The notes under the pieces were generated by a model. That model made no database searches, was not told the DNA's origin, and saw only the letters and a program-made list of their open reading frames with translations. The position numbers were made by a program, and so were the translations under genes. A stretch of DNA of 64,000 nt, from NCBI GenBank assembly GCA_002104905.1, contig MCFE01000037.1:140378-204377 (forward strand). The letters run 5' to 3'. This document shows positions 48,988-60,402 of this stretch, piece by piece (the first letter of the stretch is position 1; every line of letters begins with the position of its first letter). This stretch comes from Basidiobolus meristosporus CBS 931.73. Lineage: Eukaryota > Fungi > Basidiobolomycota.

Positions 48988-50379
48988 CTAATTGAAAGAA
49001 GCAATAACAGAGACCGAGTCGATATCCAGGATGCATTTTTTAGGGATTTGGACATTGCTCCAGCTGGGTTGCTTCTCCGACTGCTGAAAGCACTCGTAGA
49101 GTGGTCCTCCAATTTGTTCACCCTCCTTCAAAGGTGTACGGGTTTGCACTTCAACATGCAAATCATAATCTTTGCCATCACTGCTCTTGCCGTTATAGTA
49201 AAACAAGGTTGAGCCCGAACTCCAGGCAGCCTCATCCCACCAATACCCTTGATTTTGGTAAGCAGCCAAGAAGTCGTCAATGTATATGTCTACTGAGTCC
49301 CTAGTGCAGGCGCAGTTGCCGGTATTGTTGGCAAGTTTAAATTTAGAAAGCTCCGTGTCGTCACGGTGTACAGGAGAAAGAATATGCGACTTGGTCTTTG
49401 TGGTCTTCGTAACTTGAGGCCGGCGGTTTGTCACAGGGGCATCATACTCCAGATTAGATGAGCCTTTGCAGTAAGCATCGGTGGTGCCACAGTAGCCATA
49501 ATTGGAGCAGCAGTAACCTGGTTGGCACTGGTGCATCACATCTCCGAACCAGCCACAACGTGTATTGGTTTGATTTGCAACAACGATGTCTATTCCCAAT
49601 TTATCGGCATCGTAGGGATACCACTGCCATTGTATGGGCTTGTTGTTGTATCCATGATAGCCAGCTGGGCCGTTGATGGACATCCAAAGTGCCGTTTGAT
49701 CTTCTGTTAAACCTGCACCCCATGTGCCGTCGGGTCCAGGGTACGTGTACGTTATAGAGCCACCTAATGCGGGGAACCACTGGTTACCACCTTCATATCT
49801 GTAAACTTGTTTACTCCAAACGCCAACTCGGACGCCATTGCTAAGTCCCTGAGGATTTTCAAGGAACTGGTAGAAGTAGCCAAGACCATTTTTCAAGTTG
49901 TCGTTGATAACACGCAATTTCCCAAATTGCATCCATTTGTCATCAATACGTAGCTGGGCTGTGTAGATCAAATAATCACCGTCCTCTTCGTAATCGATTT
50001 GGAAGCCGTAATCCACTCCATCAAGCCATGGATAGAAATACTGCATATGGGACCCAGTGCCCTCGTGGCCAAAGCGACTAGTCACACATTCCTTACATGC
50101 TTCCAGTACGGTTGCTTTTCCATTGTTGTTGTCCCAGAGAGAGAAGAGGAATACGCGTTTGTTGGCCCATGTCTGCATCCCCATATATCCGTTATTCCAG
50201 CCGATAGCTGACCAGTAGGTTTGGTTAGGGCTGAATTCAGGAACAGATCGGACGTCTGTCCGAAAGGAGACGAACTTCTTCCCATTATCAGGGAGACTGG
50301 GGAAGTTGTGCATTGCCTGGGAGAGCACCTTCGCTGCGAACAGCGAGGTAAGCGAGAGGAAAAGGGTTGGAAGCTTCAT
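48988..50379 (-). CDS. Secreted modular protein: signal peptide + DUF3472-like domain + hevein/CBM18 chitin-binding module + unknown C-terminal domain
   Basis: Hydrophobic N-terminus. GYMGMQ..KRVFLFSLW, FGHEGTG..YPW and YQFLEN recall DUF3472. RCG...CQPGYCCSNYGYCGTTDAYC is a hevein motif. Intronless. Confidence 0.78.
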   Translation of the reverse strand: MKLPTLFLSLTSLFAAKVLSQAMHNFPSLPDNGKKFVSFRTDVRSVPEFSPNQTYWSAIGWNNGYMGMQTWANKRVFLFSLWDNNNGKATVLEACKECVTSRFGHEGTGSHMQYFYPWLDGVDYGFQIDYEEDGDYLIYTAQLRIDDKWMQFGKLRVINDNLKNGLGYFYQFLENPQGLSNGVRVGVWSKQVYRYEGGNQWFPALGGSITYTYPGPDGTWGAGLTEDQTALWMSINGPAGYHGYNNKPIQWQWYPYDADKLGIDIVVANQTNTRCGWFGDVMHQCQPGYCCSNYGYCGTTDAYCKGSSNLEYDAPVTNRRPQVTKTTKTKSHILSPVHRDDTELSKFKLANNTGNCACTRDSVDIYIDDFLAAYQNQGYWWDEAAWSSGSTLFYYNGKSSDGKDYDLHVEVQTRTPLKEGEQIGGPLYECFQQSEKQPSWSNVQIPKKCILDIDSVSVIASFN

Positions 50380-52252
50380 GATATTTTCACGAAAGCACGG
50401 AGTTCAATCATGCTCTTAAAGTAGTTCCATTTTTCCAAGATAGAAATCACGTTTCGTCACCAACCGCGAAAACAAGCTGAGGATTTGCCCTAATTGAGTA
50501 GTCTGATAGCGTTCTACTATTGTGGCAATTCGGGTAGGGTAGCTGAATGGATGAATCCTAAATGGAAGTCATCGGATAAACACATTGTCGATGGTGTTTC
50601 AATGCGGTTTCTAGAAATCACCCAAAGTAGTGGCATTTTGCATACCGGTCTTGAGAAATGAGGGTCCAAGGAAGTGTGGTCTCTCAATAATACCACTCTC
50701 AACACGGTGGAAGTGACTCTTACGGTGCATACTTGAACGGATTCGAGTATAGCAAGTGAGCCTAAAGTATTATATTACCTCGAAACTACGATGATGTAGG
50801 CTATATAAAGAAGTTTGCTCACAGGATTCCTTTTCAGAAGTTGCGGAGCGAAACTTGTAAGAATCTATGCCGATACCGCCGACAGGGAGGGGCAAATTGA
50901 TACCCTTCAATATTTACCCAGGAGAATAAACACGGCTGATATAGTGCCCTGCCGAAGATTTAATGACCATGTCTACTACGCAGAGGCGTCCATCAAATTG
51001 TAATGTGAATACTTTCCCAGAATGCCACTACGTTTAAGCATGTCTATAAACGAACACACTTTGCAGTGGGCTGTATCCAGAATATAATGGTATTAGTTTG
51101 CGCACCAAATATTTCAAATGACTCCCATTTTTGTAACATAGATTAGCCATACCACTAGTAATACTTCAGTTTTCCTTTACGTCACACCTTCATGGATACT
51201 TCTCTAGAACTTTGCGGTTAGGGATCCATTTGCTTGGCTCAACAAATATGCTGCCTTCCAATTAAGATCGTATAACGTGGCCAATAAGTCGCTAGAAAAT
51301 CTCTTGGTCGAAATTTCCATTCAGCGTATAGCATCATGACTCAATAAGGAGCTGAGTATCATGGAAAATCATGCTAAACCCCGTTTTGGGCCAAATTGAT
51401 GGACATCAAGATTTTCCTCATTTGGAATATTGCTTTGTTGGGTGGATGTAGCCGGCATTTGCACACAACAAATCTGTTACGGAGGATTGAAGAGTCATGC
51501 GAACCAGCCACGTTATGCTCGAAGTCCAGTGCATACGTTGAGGATTTACTTATGGGGAATAGCCTCACTAGGCGTTATGGCTTGGGGGACTGGTCGAGAC
51601 ACCAAGGTACACAATTGCGTAGTCTCGACATACTTCACAGCTCCATGGACCTTGAGCTCGGTGTCCAGACTTTGACTGATGGTACCTGCTGTGCTTCAGC
51701 TTTCTGCTTGGCGTGCTCATCTCCAAAAGTAGTTCTTACATATCCTCCCGTGGACGGATAGCTGGAATTTCCATTATCAACGCAATCGCAAGATCAAATC
51801 TAGTGGTTCTGATCACATCGATCACTATCTTGATACCACATTTTAAACTCGGTGAATCAGAGAACTTCCTGATGATACAACAGAGTTCAATTTTGACGAT
51901 GACGCTTTGGTCAACATAATCCACCAAGGCCCTTACACCCCTCTGCGAATATTCATACAAGCCACGCTCATGAATATGCAAATTGGTTATTTTTGATAGC
52001 GGCAGCCTCAGTTTTGCTTTGACTGTATACAAGTTGCAAGCGCCAATCATGTAACTGGGTCTAGGAATATAACACTCAGTCCTATGGTGAGGAAAGTGGA
52101 TTTAAGTGGTTTTTGTCCAATAGTCAGATATAACAGTGGACAAGTTAATGTCATAGAGATGAGAACCACCAGTTGGTGAGGTCTTTATTTTATTAGTTTG
52201 GAATATAGAAGCCAGGTGCTACTTAGACAACTGTGCACTCAAGTATTGAGTG

Positions 52253-53340
52253 TAGGGTTAGGGAGGAGGGTGGCAATCACCATCAGGGAAAATCTTTATT
52301 TCAATAACTCAAAATCAAGAAGCCAAGTTCTACATAGGTGGTTTGTTTACCAGTGAATAAAGGGAAGGGGGAGATAGTCACCAACAGGTGAAATATTTAT
52401 TTCAGTTGAAGTAAAGAAGCCAGCACTACTGTTGTAGCTTTGATACTGTTGTAAGAGTCTTGGAGATATTGGAAGTGATTGGGAGAACAAGTAGATTATG
52501 TGGTTTTCACTTAATGATTTATTCAATGTAAAAGTAGTATTTATACTTTTACCTGGTCTTGGCATTACAAACACGTAGAATAGGTTAAGGAAGGTCCCAA
52601 GAGCATGTGTGCAAAGTTTGGGGCTGTTTGGACAACTTTAAGAATTTTCATATTCTGGGTACCTGGTATTTTGGTGAAAATATTCTAAGTAAATCCCAAG
52701 AAGGAATTTGGTCAGTATTCTATAGGATATGAAGGTAATGATCTAAGTGACTAAGTCAGGTGAATATTTAGGTGGAAATTCAAATCTCTACAACAGATAC
52801 AAGAGTGTGTAGCTGAGGGGAATCTGTTAGTAAGTTAATAAGGAGGTAAGATAGTTCTTCAGTGCTCAAGACACAGTTCAGTGGGAAGGGGGGTAGCAAG
52901 AGAGGTAAGAATGACTTGTGAACAACATTAATGAGGGGAATATGATAAGGATTGATATTCATCATAAAGGGAGTGTGCTACTTCAGATATTGCTGCCAAA
53001 GGTCTGTCAAGTACTTCAGGTGGGCCAGCTTGGGTTTTTCTGACTGCCAAATATAATAAGTAAACTTCTTGACTTCAGGATCTCCAAGTATAGTTCTCCA
53101 GCAGGAGCCAGGTGTAGTGTGTGTTGTATGAGTCTTAAAGATATTGGAAGTGAATTGGGAGGACAAGTAGAGTACATGGTTCTCACTTGATGATTTATAG
53201 AATGTAAAGTAGTATTTAAACTTTTACATGGTCTTGTAATAGCACACATGTAGAAAAGGTTTAGGAAGATCCCAAGAACAAGTGTGCAAAGTTTGGGGCT
53301 GTTTGGACAACTTTGAGAATTTTCACATGCTTGGTACAAA
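52253..53340 (-). mobile_element. Old, mosaic 3' fragments of telomeric non-LTR family 1
   Basis: Decayed 3'-end signatures at ~52253 and ~52361. 52780-53130 matches the family-1 C-terminus (MMNINPYHIPL, TTPGSCWRTILGDPE). A ~200-bp segment is shared between ~52450 and ~53130. Confidence 0.75.
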
Positions 53341-54965
53341 GGGTAGGGGAGGGAAAGTCACCAAGTTGGTGAAATCTTTATTTGAGTCAAGAACTAATCT
53401 AAGTACAAATAAAGAAGCCAATTAAGAGGTCTAGAACCTCTCTAATAAGTAGTCTAATTTATGTTTTGCTTCATCTCTAATGTTTCTTTCAATAAAGTAA
53501 AGCTCATCAGGGGTAAATATAAGATTCAAGGGTTTTGGGGGAAGTACAAATTGTAGATGTTTCTGATCATTATAATCCAAGACTGGAACCCAGCCTGGGA
53601 TTAGGTGTAGTAGGAAAGGTATGTGGACTTGTAAGTAGCTCTGCCACATAGATCTAAGATGGTCCTGAGCCAGTAGTCTTGGTTTCTCAGCTTTTTGAAG
53701 TTTTGAAGTAAGCTCTGTTACTACAGCAGAGCCAACCAGGGTGTGCCAGCAAGAAAATATCAGGGAGGAGTTAGATTTAAGCCATTGTTTGATGGAGGGG
53801 CTATGTGATTTCTGAAGTTTGACTAGGAAGGAAGCACGGAGATAGACCATTTGGATTTGGTATGAGTAGAACCCAAAGGCTCCATTAGTTGCATCAATAT
53901 AGAGAGATACTGGAAGATAAGGTACCAAGGATCTGATACACTGATGGAGAAATTTATCCAGGTGGTGAAGTTCTCTGGAGGTTAGGGGTATAATGTGGAG
54001 ACCAAATTCAAGTACCAGCAGTACATACTGCTTCAGAAGTATAGGGATCTTTTGAATTGGAGTCTCTGGAGTGACTACTACCAGAAGATTTTTAAGAGCC
54101 TGTTAGGCAAGACAGATCCTATAATTCAGGTGGAGCTTTGAGTCAATCCCATGTTGACAAAATGGCAGACCTAGATATATTGCTGTTTGTTGTGGCAGAA
54201 TGCTAGTGTTCTGTATAGTTGCAGTGCACCCAATTGGGACTGTCTTGGAAATTGAGAGTGAGAGTTTGTTGGCAGACAAGTACTTCCCAATGATGGCAGT
54301 GTCTGTTATGGGATTAGGAGTAGCAATCTTGATATCATCTGCATATAGAGTTAGTAGTGGATAGGGAGAGTCTGGTGAGGGGCCTTTTGGAGATAAAGGA
54401 AAGTCATGCAGAAATATCACAAATAGTAAGGGACCTAGTACAGATCCTTGGACTACACCATTTGGAACCTCATAAGTCTCTGATGTGCAACTTGGATGCA
54501 AAATTTTGGCTGAGCTCTCACAAAATAGAGAATGTACAAGAAGGATCATTTGTAGTGTGGTAACTGCTAATAGCTTTCTCCAAAGCAGGGCTCTGTCAAC
54601 AGAGTCAAAGGCTTTAGTAATGTCAAACAGAATGGTTGGCAATGAGAATTGAAGTGAATGATCATGGCTTAGCACTACAGCCATATCCAAGGAGAGTTTG
54701 GGCAAGAAGCCAAACTGAGAAGGATGGAATGGATATAGTTGAGATTGCAAGGATCTTGCTATTATAAGCTCAAAGATTTTCTGGCAGGTTGGTAGGAGTG
54801 AAACTGGACAGTAAGAACCTGGGAGTGAGTGTTTCCCCTTCCCTTTGTATAAGGGGATTACATTTGCCTGTGACCAGGCCTTTGGGGTAGTCAATTGTTG
54901 GGCACAGATAGAGAAGAATGGGAGAAGTAAGTGACTCATTTTGGAGTAGCACACCCAGAGTAGAT
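53341..54965 (-). mobile_element. Diverged family-1-like non-LTR element (subfamily 1b), 5'-truncated, RT remnant
   Basis: WSQANVIPLYKGKG, QFGF, FDITKAFDSV, GVVQGSVLGP, LYADDI and YLGLPF; decayed GGGTAGGGG 3' junction at 53341. Confidence 0.85.
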
Positions 54966-55108
54966 CAGGGTTAGGGGGGGAGACAGTCACCAACAGGTGA
55001 AATCTTTACTTCAGTTGAAACAAAGAAGCCAGCGCTACTGTTGTAGCTTTGATACAAGAGTGTGTAGCTGAGGGGTATTTGTAGGTAAGTTAATAAGAAG
55101 TGATGATA
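54966..55108 (-). mobile_element. Family-1 3' stub joined to GGGTTAGGGGGGG
   Basis: Carries the AGACAGTCACCAACAGGTGAAATC 3'-end motif. Confidence 0.88.
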
Positions 55109-55744
55109 GCTTGTAGGGTGTAGGTGTTAAAGTAAGGGCTAGGAAAAGGTTAGAAGAGCAGGGGGTCTGGGGGACACAGTCCCCTAGAGAATAAAAAAGC
55201 AGGGGGTTTGGGGGATGCAATCCCCCATACTGCTCCCATACTCTTTAAATTCCCTTTGGATTACTTTTCTCTTATTTTTGGTTCTGGTCCCTTAGGGTTT
55301 CAATTCCTCCTCCTAACCCTTATCACCCTAACCATGAATATTTTTACCCTACAACTGGCACATTGTCTGCTCTTATAGTGGGCATGTCTAGGCTGATATT
55401 TGTCTCCCTACACACTCTCCATGCTCTGTATAGGTCTTGATGATTATTTATTTAATAAAATGTTACTTTTGATGCTATAAATAATAATTTATGGGAATCA
55501 TCCCAATCTGGCCAGAATCTCATATTTTAATAAGCTTTGGGCACCATAAATTGCACGGCCCTAATATGATAAAAAAATTTATTGCCATTGCAAATTTTCT
55601 GTAACCTGATTGCTTTTACCAAATTTAAAGTGTATCCCAAGTTCAATACATTTTATAGCTATAATAGAAACTTCATTTGACACCATTGCAACTACTACAT
55701 GTGTTCCATGTGCACATGTATCCTGCGGGAATTGTAAAAACCTA

Positions 55745-56385
55745 GCGGTGCAGTACAAAAGTGCTTTTATTTTTCATCATGCTAGTTTTCATGAGTTCCT
55801 AACGCACTTCCAAAGTACACAGTAACCATACCCCAACAGGTTTTAAGGATGCCCACTGGCTATGCTTACTTGTGTCTAGCGGGAGCCATCAATCATCAGC
55901 CATGCGGTACTGAAATGCTTTTATTTTTCATCATGCTAGTTTTGCATGAATTCATAACGCACTTTTATAGTGCGCGGTAACCATACCCCAACAGGTTTTA
56001 ATGATACCCACTTGCTATGTTTACTTGTGTCTAGCAGGAGTCATCAATTATAAGCTGTGTGGTAATAAAGTGCTTTTATTCTTCATCATGCTAGTTTTAC
56101 ATGAGTCCCTAACACACTTTTATAGTGCATGGTTACTATACCCTAACAGGTTTTAATGATACCCATTTGCTACATTTACTTGTGTCTAGCAGGAGTCATC
56201 AATCATTAGCCGCACGGTAATAAAGTGCTTTTATTTTTCATCACAATAGTTTTATATGAGTCCCTAACACACTTTTATAGTGTGCGGTAACCATTCCCCA
56301 ACAGGTTTTAATGATACCTACTTGCTATGTTTACTTGAGTCTAGCAGGAGTCATCAATCATCAGCCACGCAGTAATAAAATGCTT
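55745..56385. repeat. Subtelomeric tandem repeat, ~155-bp unit x ~4.1
   Basis: RTGCTT(TTATT) anchors at 55761, 55915, 56070, 56225 and 56380. Confidence 0.92.
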
Positions 56386-56443
56386 AGACTACTTTGGGGA
56401 ACGGTTCTAAGCAAACATTAAGCACTGCTTATGGTGATACAGA

Positions 56444-56469
56444 GGGTTAGGGGGGGTTAGGGTTAGGGG
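56444..56469 (+). repeat. Telomeric repeat tract at the 3' junction of the family-2 LINE
   Basis: gggttaggggggttagggttagggg (approximate G-run lengths). Confidence 0.9.
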
Positions 56470-59400
56470 TCTAAATTCTTTTATTGAATCTGATCAAGTA
56501 TAGTAATACTATTTCAACCTGATTCAAGTTGAAAAGTGCATATTGTATAAAGAAGATATATCTATAGTAATGTGAAGGTAAAATACTGCTCAAGTTGAGT
56601 TGAGTTCTGAAAAGAAATTTGTTGACAAATCAGGCTAGAAAATGAAGTAAAGCTGGGAGTTATTTGAAAGCTAAGCACTAAGGGAAAGTGTAGAGCTATA
56701 CTACCACTTCCTGAAAGGCAGGGATCTCACAGGAAGGCAGAAGCTCAGGTCTAATTGCAGATATGATAGCAGAAAGTCTCTGGATGAGCTCCCTTTGTTT
56801 GTGAAATTGGAACAAAGATTGGGTATTGTTGAACCCAAAGCAGCTCTCTACATGAGAGAAGTAAAAATACCTGCTACAGTAGGGGCACTTGGAACCCAAG
56901 CAAAGTGTGTTCATTCTCCACCTTATGGCCTGGAAGGCAAAGAAGGAGCTCCTGATGTAAAGGGATATGTCTGCTCCACTATGGGAATGTCTACTCTCAT
57001 GAGAAATAAGTCCAACTCTGTCTCTTGAGCTAGTAACTCTGGAGATATTAGACTTGTTCCGTTGGATAGTGCCACATTGAGCCATGAGTGCCAAATAATG
57101 CCATAGTGTGCCAGGGAGGCCAATTGAGCCTCTACCTGGCCACAGAGTGTGAAAGATAGCTCCGCATCTTCATGCAAAGCAGCCCCTGTGTTTCACCCAT
57201 TGTGTTGGAGAAAATCCATTTTTTGACCTTTTTTTGTTGATCAATGTAGCTCAGGATGTGTTAGAGCACAAGCAGATTGAAGATATGCATCTGGTACTCA
57301 ATACCCAGGGCACTCTGAATCTAGCTCCTGTAGCTTGTATCATGTCACAAAAATGAATGGCACTATCTTGGTCCACTGGTACTATCTGGCACTATAAGTG
57401 CTTTGTATAGATCTTACTTTAGGGCTAATATTTAAATATAGTGCCAGATAGTACCAGTGGACCAAGATAGTGCCATTCATTTTTGTGACATGATACAAGC
57501 TACAGGAGCTAGATTCAGAGTGCCATGGGTATTGAGTACCAGATGCATATCTTCAGTTCTCCTGTGCTCTTACACATCCTGAGCTACATTGATCCACAAA
57601 AAAAGGTCAAAAAATAGATTTTCTCCTGCGCAATGGGTGAAACACAGGGGCTGCTTTACATGAAGATGCAGAGCTATGTTTCACACTCTGTGGCCAAGTA
57701 TAGGCTCACTTGACCTCTTGGGCACACTATGGCATCATTTGGCACTCATGGCTCAATGTGGCACTATCCAATGGAACAAGTCTATTCTCCAGCTTCCTTT
57801 GATGCATTGATACAGAGAGAGGAATATGCTCTCCAGGTGGCTTGGCACTGTTGGAGGCCAAATACTCTCTATAACCAGCAGGAAAGTGTATCTTCTTTCT
57901 CACCAATGACTTTGGGGTGGCTTGGACTAAGTTGTTAGTAATCTTATTGACTAAGATCTTCAAAGGATTATTGGATGATGCTTTTGCATAGTGCTGCCCA
58001 AATCTGATACCCAAAGTCTCAAATCTGATTGGCACAGCCTCAATACCAGTCAGACTATGTATAAGCCTCTGATATTGCCTAGAATGGTAGTCAGAAGCAT
58101 TGACTACCCAGCCAATAGCTTCTTGCTGCAGAGCTTGTAGCTTGGTGATGAGGTCAGGATCAGCAGCCAAACACATCATAGGAGCAGCATACTCCCAAGA
58201 TGACCTCACAAAGGCCTTGAATAGCTGTAGCCTAATCAGAGGATGCCATCTGGCCCCTTTGAGCTGTAGGAATCTCAAAGTGGCAGAAGCCCTTTGAATA
58301 CACTTTTCAGTGTAAGCTGCCCAAGAAATACCACTTTGACAAGTTGGGAGTCCAAGGTAGCTGTAAGAGGAAGGTTGAGGCAGAAGGGAGTTATTGAAGG
58401 AAATATTCCACTCTGGTGTGGGACTAATGTATGCTGATTTAGCAGTGTTTACCTCCATACCATTGGCAGTACACCATTGGCTGACTTTACTCAGCAAACA
58501 ATTAGCTTCTGAGAGACTCCTAGGCAGCAATTGGATGTCATCAGCAAATAACAGTGCAGAGGGCACAGCAGCTCCTGAGTCATTGAAGCAGAGACTTTGG
58601 GCCAGGTCATCAATGTAGACATTGAACAGGATTGGTGAAAGCAAAGATCCCTGGAATAGCCCCCTGAGCCTGGGAAATGGAGATGATATCACACCATTAA
58701 CACTAATGGTGGAATAGCAGGCTGAGAAGAGTGAGTGTACAATCCTAAGAAGCTGACTGGATACATTCTGGTTCTTTAGTCTCTTCAGGAGTATTGGGAT
58801 CACTACCCTATCATATGCTTGCTTCAGGTCAATAAAGATTCGGTGTTTTCTTTCTTCATGACCTGATAGGTAAAAAGCATCATGAGATACAACTGAATGT
58901 GTTACAGTAGAGTAGCCACCCCTAAAGCCAGCTTGTGCAGGATGAAGCTGGGCCAAGGGGGAGTCCTTCAAGTGGTTGAGGAGGCAGGCCTCAAATATTC
59001 TTCTAAGCATTGGTGTCAAGGCAATAGGCCGGAAGTTGTCAATGGTTGAGGAAGTGGACTTCTTTGGCAAAGGGTGAATGTGAGAGAGATTCCACTGTGA
59101 AGGGGTAAACCCTAGCTTGAGGCAATGATGAAAGAAAATCTTCAAATCATCTATGAAAGCTGCATTTCTAGCCAAAACCTTGAGAATGCATATATGAAGA
59201 GGGTCCAGACCAGCAGACTTGGAAGAGGGATACTTGCTGATTGCAAGAAGAAGAGACTTGGCAGTGAACCATTGACTATCAGAGAGGGTGTCTTGCATGA
59301 AAGTCCCAAATGCTGGAACCCAGCCATCTTTAAGGCAATGAGCAGGTGGGTATGCAAATACTTCTTGAAAGTACTTGTATGCATCATCCACAGCAGAGAT

Positions 59401-60390
59401 ACCAGGATCTCTGGAACTGATTATTACTTCTGCCTGAGTTACCCTTTGAGCTTGCCTGAATATCACAGCAGCCTGCTGGGCAGCTGAGGCAGAGTGAAGT
59501 CTCCAAAGGGGGTCACTTCTCCTAGGACCAGATTTGGCAGCATGAACTGAGTAAGTTCCCAGGTACTCCTCACATATGACCAATACCAGGGAGTGGAAAG
59601 CAGTATAGGCAGCATCAATAGCAGCAGAGATGGTTCCTATAGGAGAACAGGATGTAAGCTCTTCTAGATGTCTCCAGGCAGTTTGCAGTATAGGAGACTC
59701 CAAAGAGTAATGGCTGCTAATGAGTGACTGAACCATAGGCTTCTCTAGTGGCTGAAGATGCAGCTTGATTGAGTCAGAAGAAGAGAAATTCTGGGTGTTA
59801 GAGGAAGAGTAGGCCATTGACACCACAGCAGCCATAAGTATATGGTCAGACTGGCCACATATAACATCAGACTGGAAGTACCAATGAGCCATTGTGTTAT
59901 ATCTGACAAAAGCATGATCAGGAGTGCTTCCCAGTGGGATGGGGGGGAGGTGCTCCATACCAAGTCTTAGAAGAAGACTCTCAAATAAGCCTATTCTACT
60001 CCTTGGTCCAACCTTCTTGGAGCCAAAGAGTTTACCAAAGTGAGTGTTGATATCACCAAAGAGCAGAGTGGGAGGCCGAGTGGGCAGGAATGAGGCAATA
60101 TCCTGACAGGACATTGAGGGAGGGAAGTAGACAGTCATTAGGCTGACTGACATCAGAGTTACACATATTGCATTTTCAGTGCAGGAGACCATGGATATCA
60201 TTGGCCTCAGATGTGGTGATACTAGACAGATCAGTCCAGCCTTCTCATGACCAGTTATGATTGGGTTAGGGACAATCCTGTTAGGGCCAATCCTGTTGGA
60301 GGTGGCTGGGAAGTATGAGTGTGATGAGTGCAGAGCTTGATCAACAAACCAAGTTTCAGCCAGGAAAATTATGTCATATCTATTATCTTT
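56470..60390 (-). mobile_element. Non-LTR retrotransposon family 2 (APE endonuclease + RT + C-terminal Cys/His knuckle), 5'-truncated within APE, interrupted by a foldback element
   Basis: DIIFLAETW, GDINTH, DHAF and SDH (APE). FRPIAL, QAGFR, FIDLKQAYD, GLFQGSLLSP, LFADDI and YLGL (RT). CPYC..H...C near the C-terminus. AATAAA near the 3' end. Confidence 0.92.
57051..57782. mobile_element. 732-bp foldback/MITE with ~346-bp inverted arms, 40-bp loop and TA target duplication
   Basis: TA|GACTTGTTCC...GGAACAAGTC|TA; arms 57051-57396 and 57437-57782. Removing it plus one TA restores the LINE frame (HQRKLENNISRVTSSRD). Confidence 0.88.
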
Positions 60391-60402
60391 GGGTTAGGGG
60401 GG

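Noticed and set aside
50800-52050. ORFs of 60-120 aa on both strands
   Set aside because: No assignable homology; possibly a decayed gene.
55745-56385. CRISPR-like or other repeat-spacer array
   Set aside because: Eukaryotic context and contiguous ~155-bp units with no unique spacers.
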